Assembly: GCA_051871795.1 (NCBI GenBank)
Contig: JBJEDE010000033.1
Span: 16,354-80,353, forward strand
Source of the DNA: Muribaculaceae bacterium
GTDB taxonomy: Bacteria; Bacteroidota; Bacteroidia; Bacteroidales; Muribaculaceae
DNA length: 64,000 nucleotides
Reading direction: 5' to 3'
Part shown: positions 37,718 to 48,261 of the stretch, one piece after another
Layout: every line of letters starts with the position of its first letter
How positions within the stretch are numbered: the stretch's first letter is position 1
The notes under the pieces: generated by a model
Databases searched by the model: none
What the model saw: the letters and a program-made list of their open reading frames with translations, nothing else
Told to the model about the DNA's origin: nothing
Made by a program: the position numbers and the translations under genes

Positions 37718-39034
37718 TTATTTCTCCCTCATGTAAATGCTTATCGGAGTGCCGGTGAAGTTCCAGTGCTCGCGTATTTTGTTCTCGAGATAGCGGCGGT
37801 AGGGCTCTTTGACCCACTGGGGCAGGTTGCAGAAGAAGATGAATGTGGGCACCTGCGCGCCTTTGAGCATTGTCACATATTTGATTTTGACATATTTGCC
37901 TTTGTTGGCAGGCGGCGGATATGCGGCGATGTCTTCGAGCATCACGCGGTTGACCTCCGACGTGGGGATGATGCGCTTGCGGTTGCGGTAGACGTCGACG
38001 GCGCTTTGTATCACTTTGTAGATGCGCTGTTTGGTAAGCGCCGAAGCGAAGATGATGGGGAAGTCGGTGAAAGGCGCCATGCGCGCGCGGATAGCTTCCT
38101 CGAAGTGGCGTATGGCGGCCTGTGATTTGTCTTCGGCAAGGTCCCACTTGTTGATTACGACTACGAGTCCCTTGCGGTTTTTCTGTATGAGCGAGAATAT
38201 GTTGAGGTCCTGAGCTTCGATGCCGCGCGTGGCGTCAATCATGAGTATGCACACGTCGCTGTTTTCGATGGCGCGTATCGAGCGTATCACGGAGTAATAC
38301 TCGATGTCTTCGGTGACCTTGTTTTTCTTGCGTATGCCGGCCGTGTCGACGAGATAGAAGTCGAATCCGAACTTGTTGTAGCGTGTGTAAATAGAGTCGC
38401 GTGTGGTGCCGGCGATGTCGGTTACGATGTGGCGGTCCTCGCCGATGAATGCGTTGATGAGGCTTGATTTGCCGGCGTTGGGGCGTCCCACGATGGCAAA
38501 ACGGGGGATGTCTTCGAGCACTTCGCCGTCATCGTCTTTTTCAGGAAGTTCTTTTACCACCTCGTCGAGGAGGTCGCCGGTGCCGTAGCCGCTTACAGCC
38601 GACACGGGGTAGGGCTCGCCCAGACCCAGAGAGTAGAATTCGGGCACGTTGTAGAGCCAGTCGTTGGAGTCTACTTTGTTGGCCACGAGTATCACGGGTT
38701 TGCGCGATTTGCGCAGGATTTCGGCCACGTGGTCGTCGAGGTCGGTGACGCCGTTCATGGCATCGACCACAAAGAGTATTTCGTCGGCTTGCTCGATGGC
38801 GAGGTTCACCTGTTTGTTGATTTCGTTTTCAAAAACGTCTTCAGAGTTCACCACCCATCCGCCGGTGTCGACGATGGAAAATTCCTTACCGTTCCAATCG
38901 ACTTTGCCGTACTGCCGGTCGCGTGTGGTGCCGGCAGTGGGGTCGACGATTGCCGTGCGCGATTGGGTGAGACGATTGAAGAGTGTCGATTTACCGACAT
39001 TCGGACGTCCTACGATTGCTACTAACTGCCCCAT
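37718..39034 (-). CDS. der: Ribosome-biogenesis GTPase Der (EngA)
   Basis: Two G domains: '[16 protein letters not shown]' and '[16 protein letters not shown]'. Start trimmed to MGQLVAIV. Confidence 0.95.
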   Translation of the reverse strand: MGQLVAIVGRPNVGKSTLFNRLTQSRTAIVDPTAGTTRDRQYGKVDWNGKEFSIVDTGGWVVNSEDVFENEINKQVNLAIEQADEILFVVDAMNGVTDLDDHVAEILRKSRKPVILVANKVDSNDWLYNVPEFYSLGLGEPYPVSAVSGYGTGDLLDEVVKELPEKDDDGEVLEDIPRFAIVGRPNAGKSSLINAFIGEDRHIVTDIAGTTRDSIYTRYNKFGFDFYLVDTAGIRKKNKVTEDIEYYSVIRSIRAIENSDVCILMIDATRGIEAQDLNIFSLIQKNRKGLVVVINKWDLAEDKSQAAIRHFEEAIRARMAPFTDFPIIFASALTKQRIYKVIQSAVDVYRNRKRIIPTSEVNRVMLEDIAAYPPPANKGKYVKIKYVTMLKGAQVPTFIFFCNLPQWVKEPYRRYLENKIREHWNFTGTPISIYMREK

Positions 39035-39178
39035 ATTATGATAATTGAGAGTTGTTATTGATTTTATTGGCACCGGAGCTTGCACCGGTGTGACAATGCA
39101 AATTTAACATTAAATTGTTAAATATGCAAATTCTTTATTGCCTCAGGCCGTGAAATGTCGGCTTGGCTTCGGCTTCGG

Positions 39179-40060
39179 TCACTCGATATAGCCGAACGAG
39201 CGCAGTTTGTTCTCGCGGTTGCGCCAGTTCGCTTCGACTTTGACAAACATTTCGAGATAAACCTTCTTGCCGAAGAAAGTTTCGATGTCTTTTCTTGCCT
39301 CGGTGCCGACTTTTTTGAGCATTGCGCCGCCTTTGCCGATGAGGATGCCTTTTTGCGACTCGCGCTCCACGTAGATGACGGCCATAATGTGTATCGAAGT
39401 CTCTTTTTCTTCGAATTTCTCGACGATTACCTCCACCGAATAGGGCACTTCTTTATCGTAGTTGAGAAGTATCTTCTCGCGGATGATTTCAGTGACGAAA
39501 AAGCGGGCGGGCTTGTCGGTGAGTGCGTCGGTGCCGAAGTATGGCTGACCCTCGGGCAGGAGCTCGATGATGCGCTGCATGAGGTTCGTGACATTGAAGT
39601 GCTCAAGAGCCGAGGTGGGGAAGATTTCGGCGTTGGGGAGTTTGGCGCGCCAGCTGTCGACGAGTTTTTCGAGCTCGTCCTGTCCTTTGAGCAGATCTAT
39701 TTTGTTGATAACCAGTAGTACGGGTACTTTCTCTTTGGCGACGCGGGCGAGGAAGTCGGCGTTCTTTTCGGGATCTTCGATTACGTCGGTCACATAGATG
39801 AGTTCGTCGGCGTCGGTGAGGGCGCCTTCGCTGAAGTTGAGCATGCTCTCCTGCAGCTTGTATTTGGGTTTGAGCACGCCGGGAGTGTCGGAAAATACAA
39901 TCTGATATTCGGGACCGTTGACGATGCCCATGATGCGGTGGCGTGTGGTCTGCGCTTTTGATGTGATGATGCTCAGCCTTTCGCCCACAAGATCATTCAT
40001 CAGAGTGGATTTGCCGACGTTAGGGTTGCCTACGATATTTACAAAGCCTGATTTAAACAT
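39179..40060 (-). CDS. era: GTPase Era
   Basis: '[17 protein letters not shown]' and a C-terminal KH domain. 293 aa. Confidence 0.95.
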   Translation of the reverse strand: MFKSGFVNIVGNPNVGKSTLMNDLVGERLSIITSKAQTTRHRIMGIVNGPEYQIVFSDTPGVLKPKYKLQESMLNFSEGALTDADELIYVTDVIEDPEKNADFLARVAKEKVPVLLVINKIDLLKGQDELEKLVDSWRAKLPNAEIFPTSALEHFNVTNLMQRIIELLPEGQPYFGTDALTDKPARFFVTEIIREKILLNYDKEVPYSVEVIVEKFEEKETSIHIMAVIYVERESQKGILIGKGGAMLKKVGTEARKDIETFFGKKVYLEMFVKVEANWRNRENKLRSFGYIE

Positions 40061-40361
40061 ATTGTCTGTATAAATAAATAAAACATACCGGTGGCGGATA
40101 GAGCACGTTAGGCCGGTTGTCGCGCCTCATTGCCACGAGATTCATATATAGAACAAACGCACGGGGAGCGAGGATGGAAAATTAAGATATTTTAACGCGG
40201 CGGCTTCTCGCGGCTTCTTTATTGTGATGTTGAGGTATGTTGTGGGTGAAACGTGGATTGAAAGTTTACCGTGGCCCGGGGCACCGGACAAGGAAAACAA
40301 GCGAGGGTGCACCAAAATTCGCATTTTGACACACCCTCGTATGAGTTCAGGATCCGGGCGG

Positions 40362-41345
40362 TTAAAGATCCCAGACAATGTACATCGCGCCCCAAGTGAA
40401 TCCGGCGCCGAAAGCGGTGAGGATGAGCTTGTCGCCTTTCTTGAGCAGGTGTTTCTTCTCGTCGAGGCAGAGGGGGATTGAAGCGGCCGATGTGTTGCCG
40501 TAGTGCTCGATGTTGACCAGTACCTTCTCCATAGGCACGTTGGCGCGTGAGGCCACGGCTTCGATGATGCGGAGGTTGGCCTGATGGGGGATGAGGTATG
40601 CGATGTCGTCGACGGTGAGGCCGTTGCGCTTCATCACGTCGAGGCTTGAAGTGAGCATATCGGTGACAGCGTGTTTGTATACGGCGCGGCCCTCCTGATA
40701 TACGTAATGCTCGTGGGCATCGACCGATTCGTGCGATGCGGGGCGAGCCGAGCCGCCGGCTTTCATAAGCAGGTGAGGCAGACCTTCGCCGTCGATATGG
40801 AATATGCCGTCGATTACACCAACGCCTTCTTTTTCGGTGGGCTCTACCATCACGGCGGCAGCGGCGTCGCCGAAGAGCGGGCAGGTCGAACGGTCGGTAT
40901 AGTCGGTCATTGACGACATCATCTCGGCGGCCACAACGATTACTTTTTTGTACATACCCGAACGCACGTAAGCAGTGGCGTCCTGAAGCGCTACGATGAA
41001 GCCGGCGCAAGCGGCCTGAATGTCATATCCGTAACCTTTGATGCCGCAGCCGTGGATAATAATCGATGCTGTGGACGGGAAGCGGTAATCAGGATTGGAT
41101 GTGGCGCAAATGAGCAGGTCAACGTCTTCGGGGGCAACGCCGGTGGACTGAAGCAGTCGGTTTACTGCCTCAATGCCCATATATGATGAGCCTGCACCCT
41201 CTTTTTTGAGTATGTGGCGCTCTTTGATGCCGACGCGAGAGGTAATCCATTCGTCGTTGGTATCGACTATTTTAGAGAGCATATCGTTGTCAAGTATGTC
41301 GTCGGGGACATACGAAGCTATACCTGAGATGCGAGCGTTGAGCAT
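40362..41345 (-). CDS. fabH: 3-oxoacyl-ACP synthase III
   Basis: 'ISGIASYVPD', 'AACAGF' active-site Cys and 'GNTSAASIPL'. Start trimmed to MLNARISG. Confidence 0.93.
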   Translation of the reverse strand: MLNARISGIASYVPDDILDNDMLSKIVDTNDEWITSRVGIKERHILKKEGAGSSYMGIEAVNRLLQSTGVAPEDVDLLICATSNPDYRFPSTASIIIHGCGIKGYGYDIQAACAGFIVALQDATAYVRSGMYKKVIVVAAEMMSSMTDYTDRSTCPLFGDAAAAVMVEPTEKEGVGVIDGIFHIDGEGLPHLLMKAGGSARPASHESVDAHEHYVYQEGRAVYKHAVTDMLTSSLDVMKRNGLTVDDIAYLIPHQANLRIIEAVASRANVPMEKVLVNIEHYGNTSAASIPLCLDEKKHLLKKGDKLILTAFGAGFTWGAMYIVWDL

Positions 41346-41630
41346 TTTATTTCTTTTAAATAGGTGAACAAGGCTTGATATCTGAAGCATCGTCGCGCAG
41401 AACGTGTGCTGAGCCTTAACGATAATTTAAATATGATTTCTGTGGTCGGAGTTCTGAAATCGTTTGTTTGGCTGTCTTGGTCTGGGCGCCTGTCCGGAGC
41501 TGTATCATGACGGTCAACTGTATAACGTCCGGACGCGGCTGTTTGTTTTGCCGTGTGTTTGCTCTTGGGCAATTGCCCTGAGGGCGTGCGGGGCGTCGGA
41601 CAGTGTTTGTTCCGCAAGCCGGATGAAGCA

Positions 41631-41638
41631 CAAAGGTA
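41631..41638 (-). promoter_or_regulatory. -7 promoter box (TACCTTTG), 286 nt upstream of fabH
   Basis: TAnnTTTG directly 3' of a 12-bp hairpin that follows rpmF. Confidence 0.35.
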
Positions 41639-41750
41639 CATTCACAACTTAGCGCCTAAATCTGAGCCGTGGCTCTGATTTAGGGGCGTCGTTGCAGAAA
41701 TTTTTGCTTTGCCGGGCTGACGATGATGTGAGACCAAGGCTCGTTGCAGC

Positions 41751-41936
41751 TTAGACGGTAGCAGCTTTTTCGATGGCGATGCGACCGCGATAGTATCCAC
41801 ATTCGTTGCATACGGTGTGGTACACGTGCCATGCGCCGCAGTTGGGGCAAAGTGCAAGTGTGGGCATAACGGCCTTATCGTGGGTTCTGCGTTTTGCAGT
41901 GCGTGTCTTGGATTGTTTTCGTTTAGGATGTGCCAT
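41751..41936 (-). CDS. rpmF: 50S ribosomal protein L32
   Basis: 'MAHPKRKQSKTRTAKRRTHDKA...CPNCGAWHVYHTVCNECGYYRG'. Confidence 0.95.
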   Translation of the reverse strand: MAHPKRKQSKTRTAKRRTHDKAVMPTLALCPNCGAWHVYHTVCNECGYYRGRIAIEKAATV

Positions 41937-42008
41937 TTTATGTTAATGTTTTATTTTAGTTAATATGCTGTTGAGTGTCAGTCGAATGTGTGCTGCCGCC
42001 GGCCGGTG

Positions 42009-42590
42009 TCAGTCGTCGGTGTCGCTGCCGAGGCCTTTGAGAGCGTCCCAGCGCGGGTCGGACGGGGTGTCGGAGTCGGTCATTGAGTCAATCTCGTCGA
42101 TGAGCTCATCTTCGAGCTCGCTGTCTTCGTTGCCCGAGCGCACGCGGTGCTTGCGCAGCATGGCGCTCATCTGGCGGTTGCATTTTCCGGCCGGATGCAC
42201 GTGTTTGATGGGTATCTCGAGCACGACGGTGTCGTAAATCATGTATGAGACGTTGAGGTCGCGGTCGCTTTCGGGTATGATGAGCAGGTTGTCGCTGCTG
42301 TCGTCGTAGTCGGCGCCGTATTGCACGTTGATGTTGTACGTGGCGTCGACGGGCAGTGTCATCTCATCGAGGCAACGGTCGCACAGCAGCACGATGTCGC
42401 CGGTGATGTGAAAACTGAGCTCGTAGATGTCGCGGGCATAAACTACCGTGAGCTTTACCTCCAGATTTGCGCCGTGGATGTCGGTGTTCTCCATATTGGA
42501 GAAGAATTCCGGGCCCAAATGGAAGCAGAACTCATGAGTGCCTTCGGTGAGGCTTTTCAGTGGCAGGTTAAATTCCGAGAACTTTCCCAT
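42009..42590 (-). CDS. yceD: YceD/DUF177 family protein
   Basis: 193 aa. Conserved position upstream of rpmF, with 'LLCDRCLDEM' and an acidic tail. Confidence 0.75.
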   Translation of the reverse strand: MGKFSEFNLPLKSLTEGTHEFCFHLGPEFFSNMENTDIHGANLEVKLTVVYARDIYELSFHITGDIVLLCDRCLDEMTLPVDATYNINVQYGADYDDSSDNLLIIPESDRDLNVSYMIYDTVVLEIPIKHVHPAGKCNRQMSAMLRKHRVRSGNEDSELEDELIDEIDSMTDSDTPSDPRWDALKGLGSDTDD

Positions 42591-42615
42591 TGTGATTGTA
42601 GTTGGAAAAACTTTG

Positions 42616-42623
42616 CAAAGTTA
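42616..42623 (-). promoter_or_regulatory. -7 promoter box (TAACTTTG) for yceD-rpmF
   Basis: TAnnTTTG, 26 nt upstream of the ATG at 42590. Confidence 0.5.
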
Positions 42624-42744
42624 GGTATTTATTCCTGATTTTGCAAAGTTTTCGACATATTTTCCTTATTTTTATATTTTTTAGGCCTGCGCGGATTGTG
42701 TCAGTCGTCTGACTCTCGCGGCACTCAGGCTCTTCGGGGGCTGT

Positions 42745-43623
42745 TTATTGCAGGCCTGAGACGGCAACGTCGCGCGAGATTTTCGACACAAGTCCCTGAA
42801 GCACTTTGCCGGGGCCGATTTCGATAAATTCGGTGGCGCCGTCGGCAATCATGTTGCGCACGGTCTGTGTCCAGCGCACGGGAGCTGTGAGCTGTGCCAC
42901 GAGATTGGCTTTGATTTCTTCGGGGTCGGTGTGGGGGAGGGCGTCAACGTTCTGATATACGGGGCACACGGGCGTATGGAACTGTGTGTGGGCGATGGCT
43001 TCGGCCAGCTCGGCGCGTGCGGGCTCCATGCAGGGAGAGTGGAAGGCGCCCGAGACTTTGAGCTTGAGCGCGCGTTTGGCTCCGGCGGCTTTTGCGGCTT
43101 CGCAAGCGGCGTCGATGGCCTCATTTTCGCCCGAAATCACAATCTGACCTGGGCAGTTGTAGTTGGCGCATACTACCACTCCGGGCACTGAGTTGCAGAT
43201 GTCTTCTACCTGCTCGTCGGTGAGGGCGATGATGGCGGCCATGGTCGAGGGGTGTATCTCGCAGGCTTTCTGCATGGCTTGGGCGCGAGCCGAAACCAGA
43301 CGGAGGCCGTCGGCGAAGTCAAGCGCGCCGGCTGTTACGAGAGCCGAAAATTCGCCGAGCGAGTGGCCGGCTGTCATGTCGGGGCGGAACTCCTGCTCAA
43401 GCGATTTGGCGAGGATGACGGAGTGAAGGAAGATGGCAGGCTGTGTCACGCGTGTCTGGCGCAGGTCTTCGTCGGTGCCGGCGTGCATGAGGTCGGTGAT
43501 GCGGAAGCCGAGGATGTCGTTGGCCTGTTCGAAGAGTGCGCGTGATGCTGCGTTATTGTCGTAGAGGTCTTTGCCCATGCCTACGAACTGGGCGCCCTGA
43601 CCGGGGAATACGTATGCTTTCAT
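42745..43623 (-). CDS. fabD: Malonyl-CoA:ACP transacylase
   Basis: 'VFPGQGAQFVGMG' and 'AGHSLGEFSAL'. Confidence 0.95.
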   Translation of the reverse strand: MKAYVFPGQGAQFVGMGKDLYDNNAASRALFEQANDILGFRITDLMHAGTDEDLRQTRVTQPAIFLHSVILAKSLEQEFRPDMTAGHSLGEFSALVTAGALDFADGLRLVSARAQAMQKACEIHPSTMAAIIALTDEQVEDICNSVPGVVVCANYNCPGQIVISGENEAIDAACEAAKAAGAKRALKLKVSGAFHSPCMEPARAELAEAIAHTQFHTPVCPVYQNVDALPHTDPEEIKANLVAQLTAPVRWTQTVRNMIADGATEFIEIGPGKVLQGLVSKISRDVAVSGLQ

Positions 43624-43748
43624 GTGAAATACGAAATTATACTTTGTTGGTTTATTTACAAACAGTTATGATTGCTACGGCTCTTGCGGCCGGGCGCTGT
43701 GGCCACAACCGGACGCCGAGACGCATAACAATCTTCTTTATCTCAATG

Positions 43749-43756
43749 CAAAGTTA
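43749..43756 (-). promoter_or_regulatory. -7 promoter box (TAACTTTG) for fabD
   Basis: TAnnTTTG, 126 nt upstream of the fabD ATG. Confidence 0.4.
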
Positions 43757-43862
43757 CGCCAAATCACTTACTTACGGATAAATAGCAGTGTTAAAAATAA
43801 TTAATACGGTCGATTGCTTCCGAAAAATTCAAAAAAGATTGGCTCGCACGGCAATTAATTGC

Positions 43863-43870
43863 TATCTTTG
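43863..43870 (+). promoter_or_regulatory. -7 promoter box (TATCTTTG) for tatA
   Basis: TAnnTTTG, 121 nt upstream of the tatA ATG. Confidence 0.4.
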
Positions 43871-43990
43871 TAAGTATAAAACGCAAAAGCCGTAGCGAAG
43901 CTCCGGAGCCAAGTGTCGCGAAGGGGCGTGCGAGGGCCTGTCACTCAGTGCGTAAAGTGCTATTAACCAATCTGAAACCTGAATATATCG

Positions 43991-44215
43991 ATGACTGTAC
44001 TTTTTATAGCCGGCCTCAAGGGATGGCAGTTGATATTCGTCGTGCTCGTGATTTTTCTCCTCTTCGGAGGCGTAAAGAAGATACCCGATTTCATGCGTTC
44101 GCTCGGCAAGGGCGTGCACAGCTTCAGGCAAGGTCTTGAAGACGCCAAGGAGGAGATGAACCGTCCCGTCGAGAAGCGCGGCGGCGACAACAAGGATAAA
44201 GAAGACGATAAATGA
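43991..44215 (+). CDS. tatA: Twin-arginine translocase subunit TatA/E
   Basis: 74 aa. 'WQLIFVVLVIFLLFGGVKKIPDFMRSLGKGVHSFRQG'. Confidence 0.9.
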   Translation: MTVLFIAGLKGWQLIFVVLVIFLLFGGVKKIPDFMRSLGKGVHSFRQGLEDAKEEMNRPVEKRGGDNKDKEDDK

Positions 44216-44292
44216 CATCAGCCCTGCGGCAGCCGGCGCACGCTCTCTGACCTGCGTCGGAGCGGCAGGCCGTTGCTGCGATTTCTTTTATA

Positions 44293-45144
44293 ATGACACA
44301 GCAGAAGGAATTCACATTCTGGGACCATCTCTCCGAGCTGCGCGATGTGGCCATACGCATATTCGTGCTGCTGACGGTGCTGTCCACGGCATTTTTCTTC
44401 GTGATGCCGTGGATATTCGACCATGTGATACTTGCGCCGGCGTCAGGGTCGTTCCCGCTCTATCGCCTGCTCTCGGGCTTACATGGCGACGGCTCGCTGC
44501 TGCCCGATTTTTCGGGCGAGGACTTTCATGTCGATATTATCAATATCGAGCTTGCCAGCCAGTTTTTCGTGCACATTTCGGCGTCGTTCTGGCTCGCGGT
44601 GGTGACGGCCTTTCCTGTCATTATCTATATGGTGTGGGGCTTTGTGTCGCCCGGTCTTTACGAGCATGAGAAGCGCGGCGCGCGCAAGGCATTCCTGTTC
44701 GGCAACCTGATGTTTTACCTCGGCATGGCCACGGGCTATTTCGTGGCTTTCCCGATGATGCTGAGATTTCTGGCCGACTATCATCTGAGCGACCGCATCG
44801 CCAACACGGTTTCGCTTACATCGTATATGGACTCATTTTATATGCTTGTGTTCATGATGGGGCTTCTCTTCGAGTTGCCGCTGCTGGCGTGGATACTCGG
44901 CAAAACGGGATTGCTCAGACGCGGATTTTTTGCCAGATACCGCCGCTACGCCATCGTGGGTCTGCTTATCATAGCGGGTATCGTAACTCCGACGAGCGAC
45001 CTTGTGACGCTGATGATAGTCTTTTTGCCTGTCTACATACTTTGGGAGGCGAGCGCGTTGCTTGTGCCGCCCGAAGAGGCCGGGACCGACCGAGGCGTCG
45101 ACGATTCTGCGGCCTCCGACACCGACAATGTGACAAATTCTTAA
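44293..45144 (+). CDS. tatC: Twin-arginine translocase subunit TatC
   Basis: 283 aa, 6 TM. 'FWDHLSELR' N-terminal motif. Confidence 0.9.
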   Translation: MTQQKEFTFWDHLSELRDVAIRIFVLLTVLSTAFFFVMPWIFDHVILAPASGSFPLYRLLSGLHGDGSLLPDFSGEDFHVDIINIELASQFFVHISASFWLAVVTAFPVIIYMVWGFVSPGLYEHEKRGARKAFLFGNLMFYLGMATGYFVAFPMMLRFLADYHLSDRIANTVSLTSYMDSFYMLVFMMGLLFELPLLAWILGKTGLLRRGFFARYRRYAIVGLLIIAGIVTPTSDLVTLMIVFLPVYILWEASALLVPPEEAGTDRGVDDSAASDTDNVTNS

Positions 45145-45348
45145 ACGTATATAAGTATGACACCGAAATTATTTAACGTATTGATTAGTCAACGCATCTT
45201 TTGGCATCTTTCCGGCACTTTGTGCGAGTCCGTTCAGTTACGATGCCCGCATCGCTCCTTCACGTACTCACCCAAATCACCCGGAAATACGCTCAAAATA
45301 TGCATTAACTAATTTGCGGGTCATACTTACCTGAAAAATTTCTACCGT

Positions 45349-46521
45349 ATGCCCCGTATCGGACTTTTGCCCCGCATTCTCATCGCCATTGCCGCCGGCA
45401 TAGGAGCCGGATACATATTCCCCGGATGGCTTGCAAGCTGTTTCGCCACGTTCAACGGCGTTTTCTCGTCTTTTCTCGGTTTTATCGTGCCGCTGCTCAT
45501 TGTAGGCTTTGTGGCTCCGGCCATAGCCGATATCGGCGGCCGTGCCGGCAAGATGCTTCTTGTCACCGCTCTACTGGCCTACGGATTCACGCTTATGGCC
45601 GGGTTCATATCCTATTTCACGGCCGATGCGTTTTTCCCAAACATGATTACTGCCGACGTGAGCCTCAGTCCGGAATCGGCGGCATCATCGTCGGCGCCGT
45701 ATTTCACCATTGACATCGCGCCTCTTATGGGGGTGATGTCGGCTCTCGTGCTGGCTTTTGTGCTCGGACTCGGCACGGCCAAGTGCGGAGCGAAGACTCT
45801 ACACGGCCTTCTTGCCGATTTTCGTTCGGTTATCTCTTATGTAATAGGCCGGGTAATAATCCCGCTGTTGCCTCTTTACATCTTCGGCATCTTTCTCGAC
45901 ATGACAATGTCCGGGCAAGTGGGTCCGATTTTGCTCACGTTCATCAAAATAATTGTGGTAATATTTGTGCTGCATGCGGGCATACTGGTGCTTCAATACT
46001 GCATAGCGGGAGCGGTTGCGCGCAAAAATCCTCTGTCGTGCCTGTGGAGCATGCTTCCGGCCTATTTCACGGCTTTGGGCACACAGTCGTCGGCGGCCAC
46101 AATTCCGGTCACGCTCGAGCACGTTATCGGGATGGGAGTAGACAAGGATGTAGCCGGATTCACCGTGCCGCTGTGCGCCACCATCCACATGTCGGGCTCT
46201 ACGCTCAAGATTGTGGCCTGCGCGCTGGCGCTGATGATAGCGAGGGGCGCCGATTACGATATGGCAATGTTCGCCGGTTTTATTGCCATGCTCGGCATTA
46301 CCATAATAGCAGCTCCGGGAGTGCCGGGAGGCGCCATCATGGCCTCGTTGGGCCTTCTGGGCTCGATGCTGGGCTTCTCGCAGGCCGATTGCGCGCTGAT
46401 GATAGCCCTATATATTGCCATGGACAGCTTCGGCACCGCCTGCAATGTCACCGGCGACGGAGCCATTGCGCTGATTGTAGACCGCATCTTCCGCCATCCG
46501 GCTCAAGCGCCCGGACAATAA
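45349..46521 (+). CDS. Dicarboxylate/amino-acid:cation symporter family transporter (SstT-like)
   Basis: 390 aa polytopic. 'GFIVPLLIVGFVAPAIADIG' and 'GTQSSAATIPVT' resemble DAACS/SstT. Confidence 0.7.
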   Translation: MPRIGLLPRILIAIAAGIGAGYIFPGWLASCFATFNGVFSSFLGFIVPLLIVGFVAPAIADIGGRAGKMLLVTALLAYGFTLMAGFISYFTADAFFPNMITADVSLSPESAASSSAPYFTIDIAPLMGVMSALVLAFVLGLGTAKCGAKTLHGLLADFRSVISYVIGRVIIPLLPLYIFGIFLDMTMSGQVGPILLTFIKIIVVIFVLHAGILVLQYCIAGAVARKNPLSCLWSMLPAYFTALGTQSSAATIPVTLEHVIGMGVDKDVAGFTVPLCATIHMSGSTLKIVACALALMIARGADYDMAMFAGFIAMLGITIIAAPGVPGGAIMASLGLLGSMLGFSQADCALMIALYIAMDSFGTACNVTGDGAIALIVDRIFRHPAQAPGQ

Positions 46522-46564
46522 TCGGCACGGTAAAACAAACTGCAAAAATCTGCGTTATATCAAT

Positions 46565-47179
46565 ATGAGAAAAATCAGTATAATTGCCTTTCTGGCATCG
46601 TTCTTTATTGCATTTCAGTCGCACGCGCTTTCGGGCGAAGAAATCATGAAGCGCACGGCTGCGAATGTCAACGGCGCACCCTCGATGACATTCCGGTTCA
46701 CCGCAACAACGGGCGACGGCGCCCGCACAACCGGCACGCTCACCATGTGCCGCTCGCGTTTTGTGATGCAGACCGCCGTGCAGTCGGTGTGGTACGACGG
46801 ACGCTCGCTGTGGAGCTACGCGCCTTCGGCCGGCGAGACCAACCTCAGCGAGCCGTTGCCCGAAGAACTGCTCGAAATCAATCCGTTCGACATTCTCAAC
46901 CAACACGCCTCGCTATACAGCATCAAGAAACTCAGTCCCGTAGGTAAAGACGAACGTATCGAGCTCACGGCACGCAAGAAGTCAATGGCCGTGCGTCGGG
47001 CCGTACTCGTAGTGAATCATGCCACGATGCTCCCGACAGCAATAGATGTCACATTCTCCAATTCGGCCCGTATGAGCATTGTCATATCCTCAGCCCAAAA
47101 AGGGAAGGCACTCCCCGCATCTGCTTTCACATACCCGAAAGCCAAATATCCCAAAGTCAAGGTCATTGACCTGCGATGA
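46565..47179 (+). CDS. LolA-like outer-membrane lipoprotein carrier/sorting protein
   Basis: Signal peptide, ~200 aa, 'VWYDGRSLWSY' beta-rich pattern. Confidence 0.5.
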   Translation: MRKISIIAFLASFFIAFQSHALSGEEIMKRTAANVNGAPSMTFRFTATTGDGARTTGTLTMCRSRFVMQTAVQSVWYDGRSLWSYAPSAGETNLSEPLPEELLEINPFDILNQHASLYSIKKLSPVGKDERIELTARKKSMAVRRAVLVVNHATMLPTAIDVTFSNSARMSIVISSAQKGKALPASAFTYPKAKYPKVKVIDLR

Positions 47180-47289
47180 GGTGAATCGTCGGCTCAACAT
47201 TCCGCCACGGCCTCGAATCAGCGACTTACGGAAGGCTTTTGTTAGCCTGTGCTATCATATATTTTGCCAATCAATAAAACTACAATAGA

Positions 47290-48219
47290 ATGATAAAATG
47301 CCTTATCATCGGTTCCGGACCTGCCGGATACACCGCAGCAATTTACGCCTCGCGCGCCAATCTCTCGCCCGTGCTTTATGAAGGCCACCAGCCCGGCGGC
47401 CAGCTCACCACAACCACCGAAGTCGAAAACTTTCCCGGCTATCCTCAGGGCGTGACCGGCCGTCAGCTTATGGACGACATGCGTGCCCAGGCCGAACGCT
47501 TCGGAGCCGATATCCGTCCGGGGTTCGTCACGGATGTCGATTTCAGCGTGCGTCCGCTGAAGGTCACGATCGACTCGTCGACAACTCTTGAAGCCGAGTC
47601 GGTGATTATCGCTACCGGTGCGGCTGCCCGCTATCTCGGCATACCGGGCGAAGATAAATTTCGCGGGGCCGGCGTGTCGGCCTGCGCCACGTGCGACGGC
47701 TTTTTCTACCGCGGACGCACCGTGGCCGTAGTCGGCGGAGGCGACACGGCTTGTGAAGAAGCATCATACCTTGCCTCCATAGCCCGGAAAGTGTATCTGA
47801 TAGTGCGCAAAGACTATCTGCGCGCCTCCAAGGTTATGCAACAGCGTGTGCTCGAGAATCCCAATATAACAGTGCTATTCAACACCAACACGCTCGAGCT
47901 CATCGGCGACGAATTTCTCGAAAAAGCGCGTCTGGTTGAGAATCGCGGCACCGAACGCGAACGGGTGCATGAAATCGCCATCGACGGATTTTTCCTCGCC
48001 ATCGGCCATCAGCCTAATACCAAAGTCTTTGAAGGACATATCGCACTCGACGAGCAGGGATATATCGTTACCTACGGAGGACTCACGGCCACTTCGGTGC
48101 CCGGCGTATTCGCAGCCGGAGATGTGGCCGACCCTGATTATCAGCAGGCTATCGTGGCAGCTGCCTCAGGCTGCCGTGCCGCGATGGATGCCGAGAAATT
48201 TCTCATCGAAAACAAATAA
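47290..48219 (+). CDS. trxB: Thioredoxin-disulfide reductase
   Basis: 'IIGSGPAGYTAAIYA' and redox-active 'CATCDG'. Confidence 0.95.
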   Translation: MIKCLIIGSGPAGYTAAIYASRANLSPVLYEGHQPGGQLTTTTEVENFPGYPQGVTGRQLMDDMRAQAERFGADIRPGFVTDVDFSVRPLKVTIDSSTTLEAESVIIATGAAARYLGIPGEDKFRGAGVSACATCDGFFYRGRTVAVVGGGDTACEEASYLASIARKVYLIVRKDYLRASKVMQQRVLENPNITVLFNTNTLELIGDEFLEKARLVENRGTERERVHEIAIDGFFLAIGHQPNTKVFEGHIALDEQGYIVTYGGLTATSVPGVFAAGDVADPDYQQAIVAAASGCRAAMDAEKFLIENK

Positions 48220-48224
48220 CCGAC

Positions 48225-48251
48225 AAGTGCCGCCCGAGCCGGGCGGCACTT
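48225..48251 (+). terminator. Hairpin terminator after trxB
   Basis: AGTGCCGCCC-gagcc-GGGCGGCACT stem. The T-run is weak. Confidence 0.55.
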
Positions 48252-48261
48252 ATCAGTTTTA

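Noticed and set aside
40296-40345. A long hairpin (cgagggtg...caccctcg with inner caaaat/attttg) downstream of fabH, considered as a possible ncRNA.
   Set aside because: It is most simply the fabH terminator. There is no additional conserved-looking structure that I can support.
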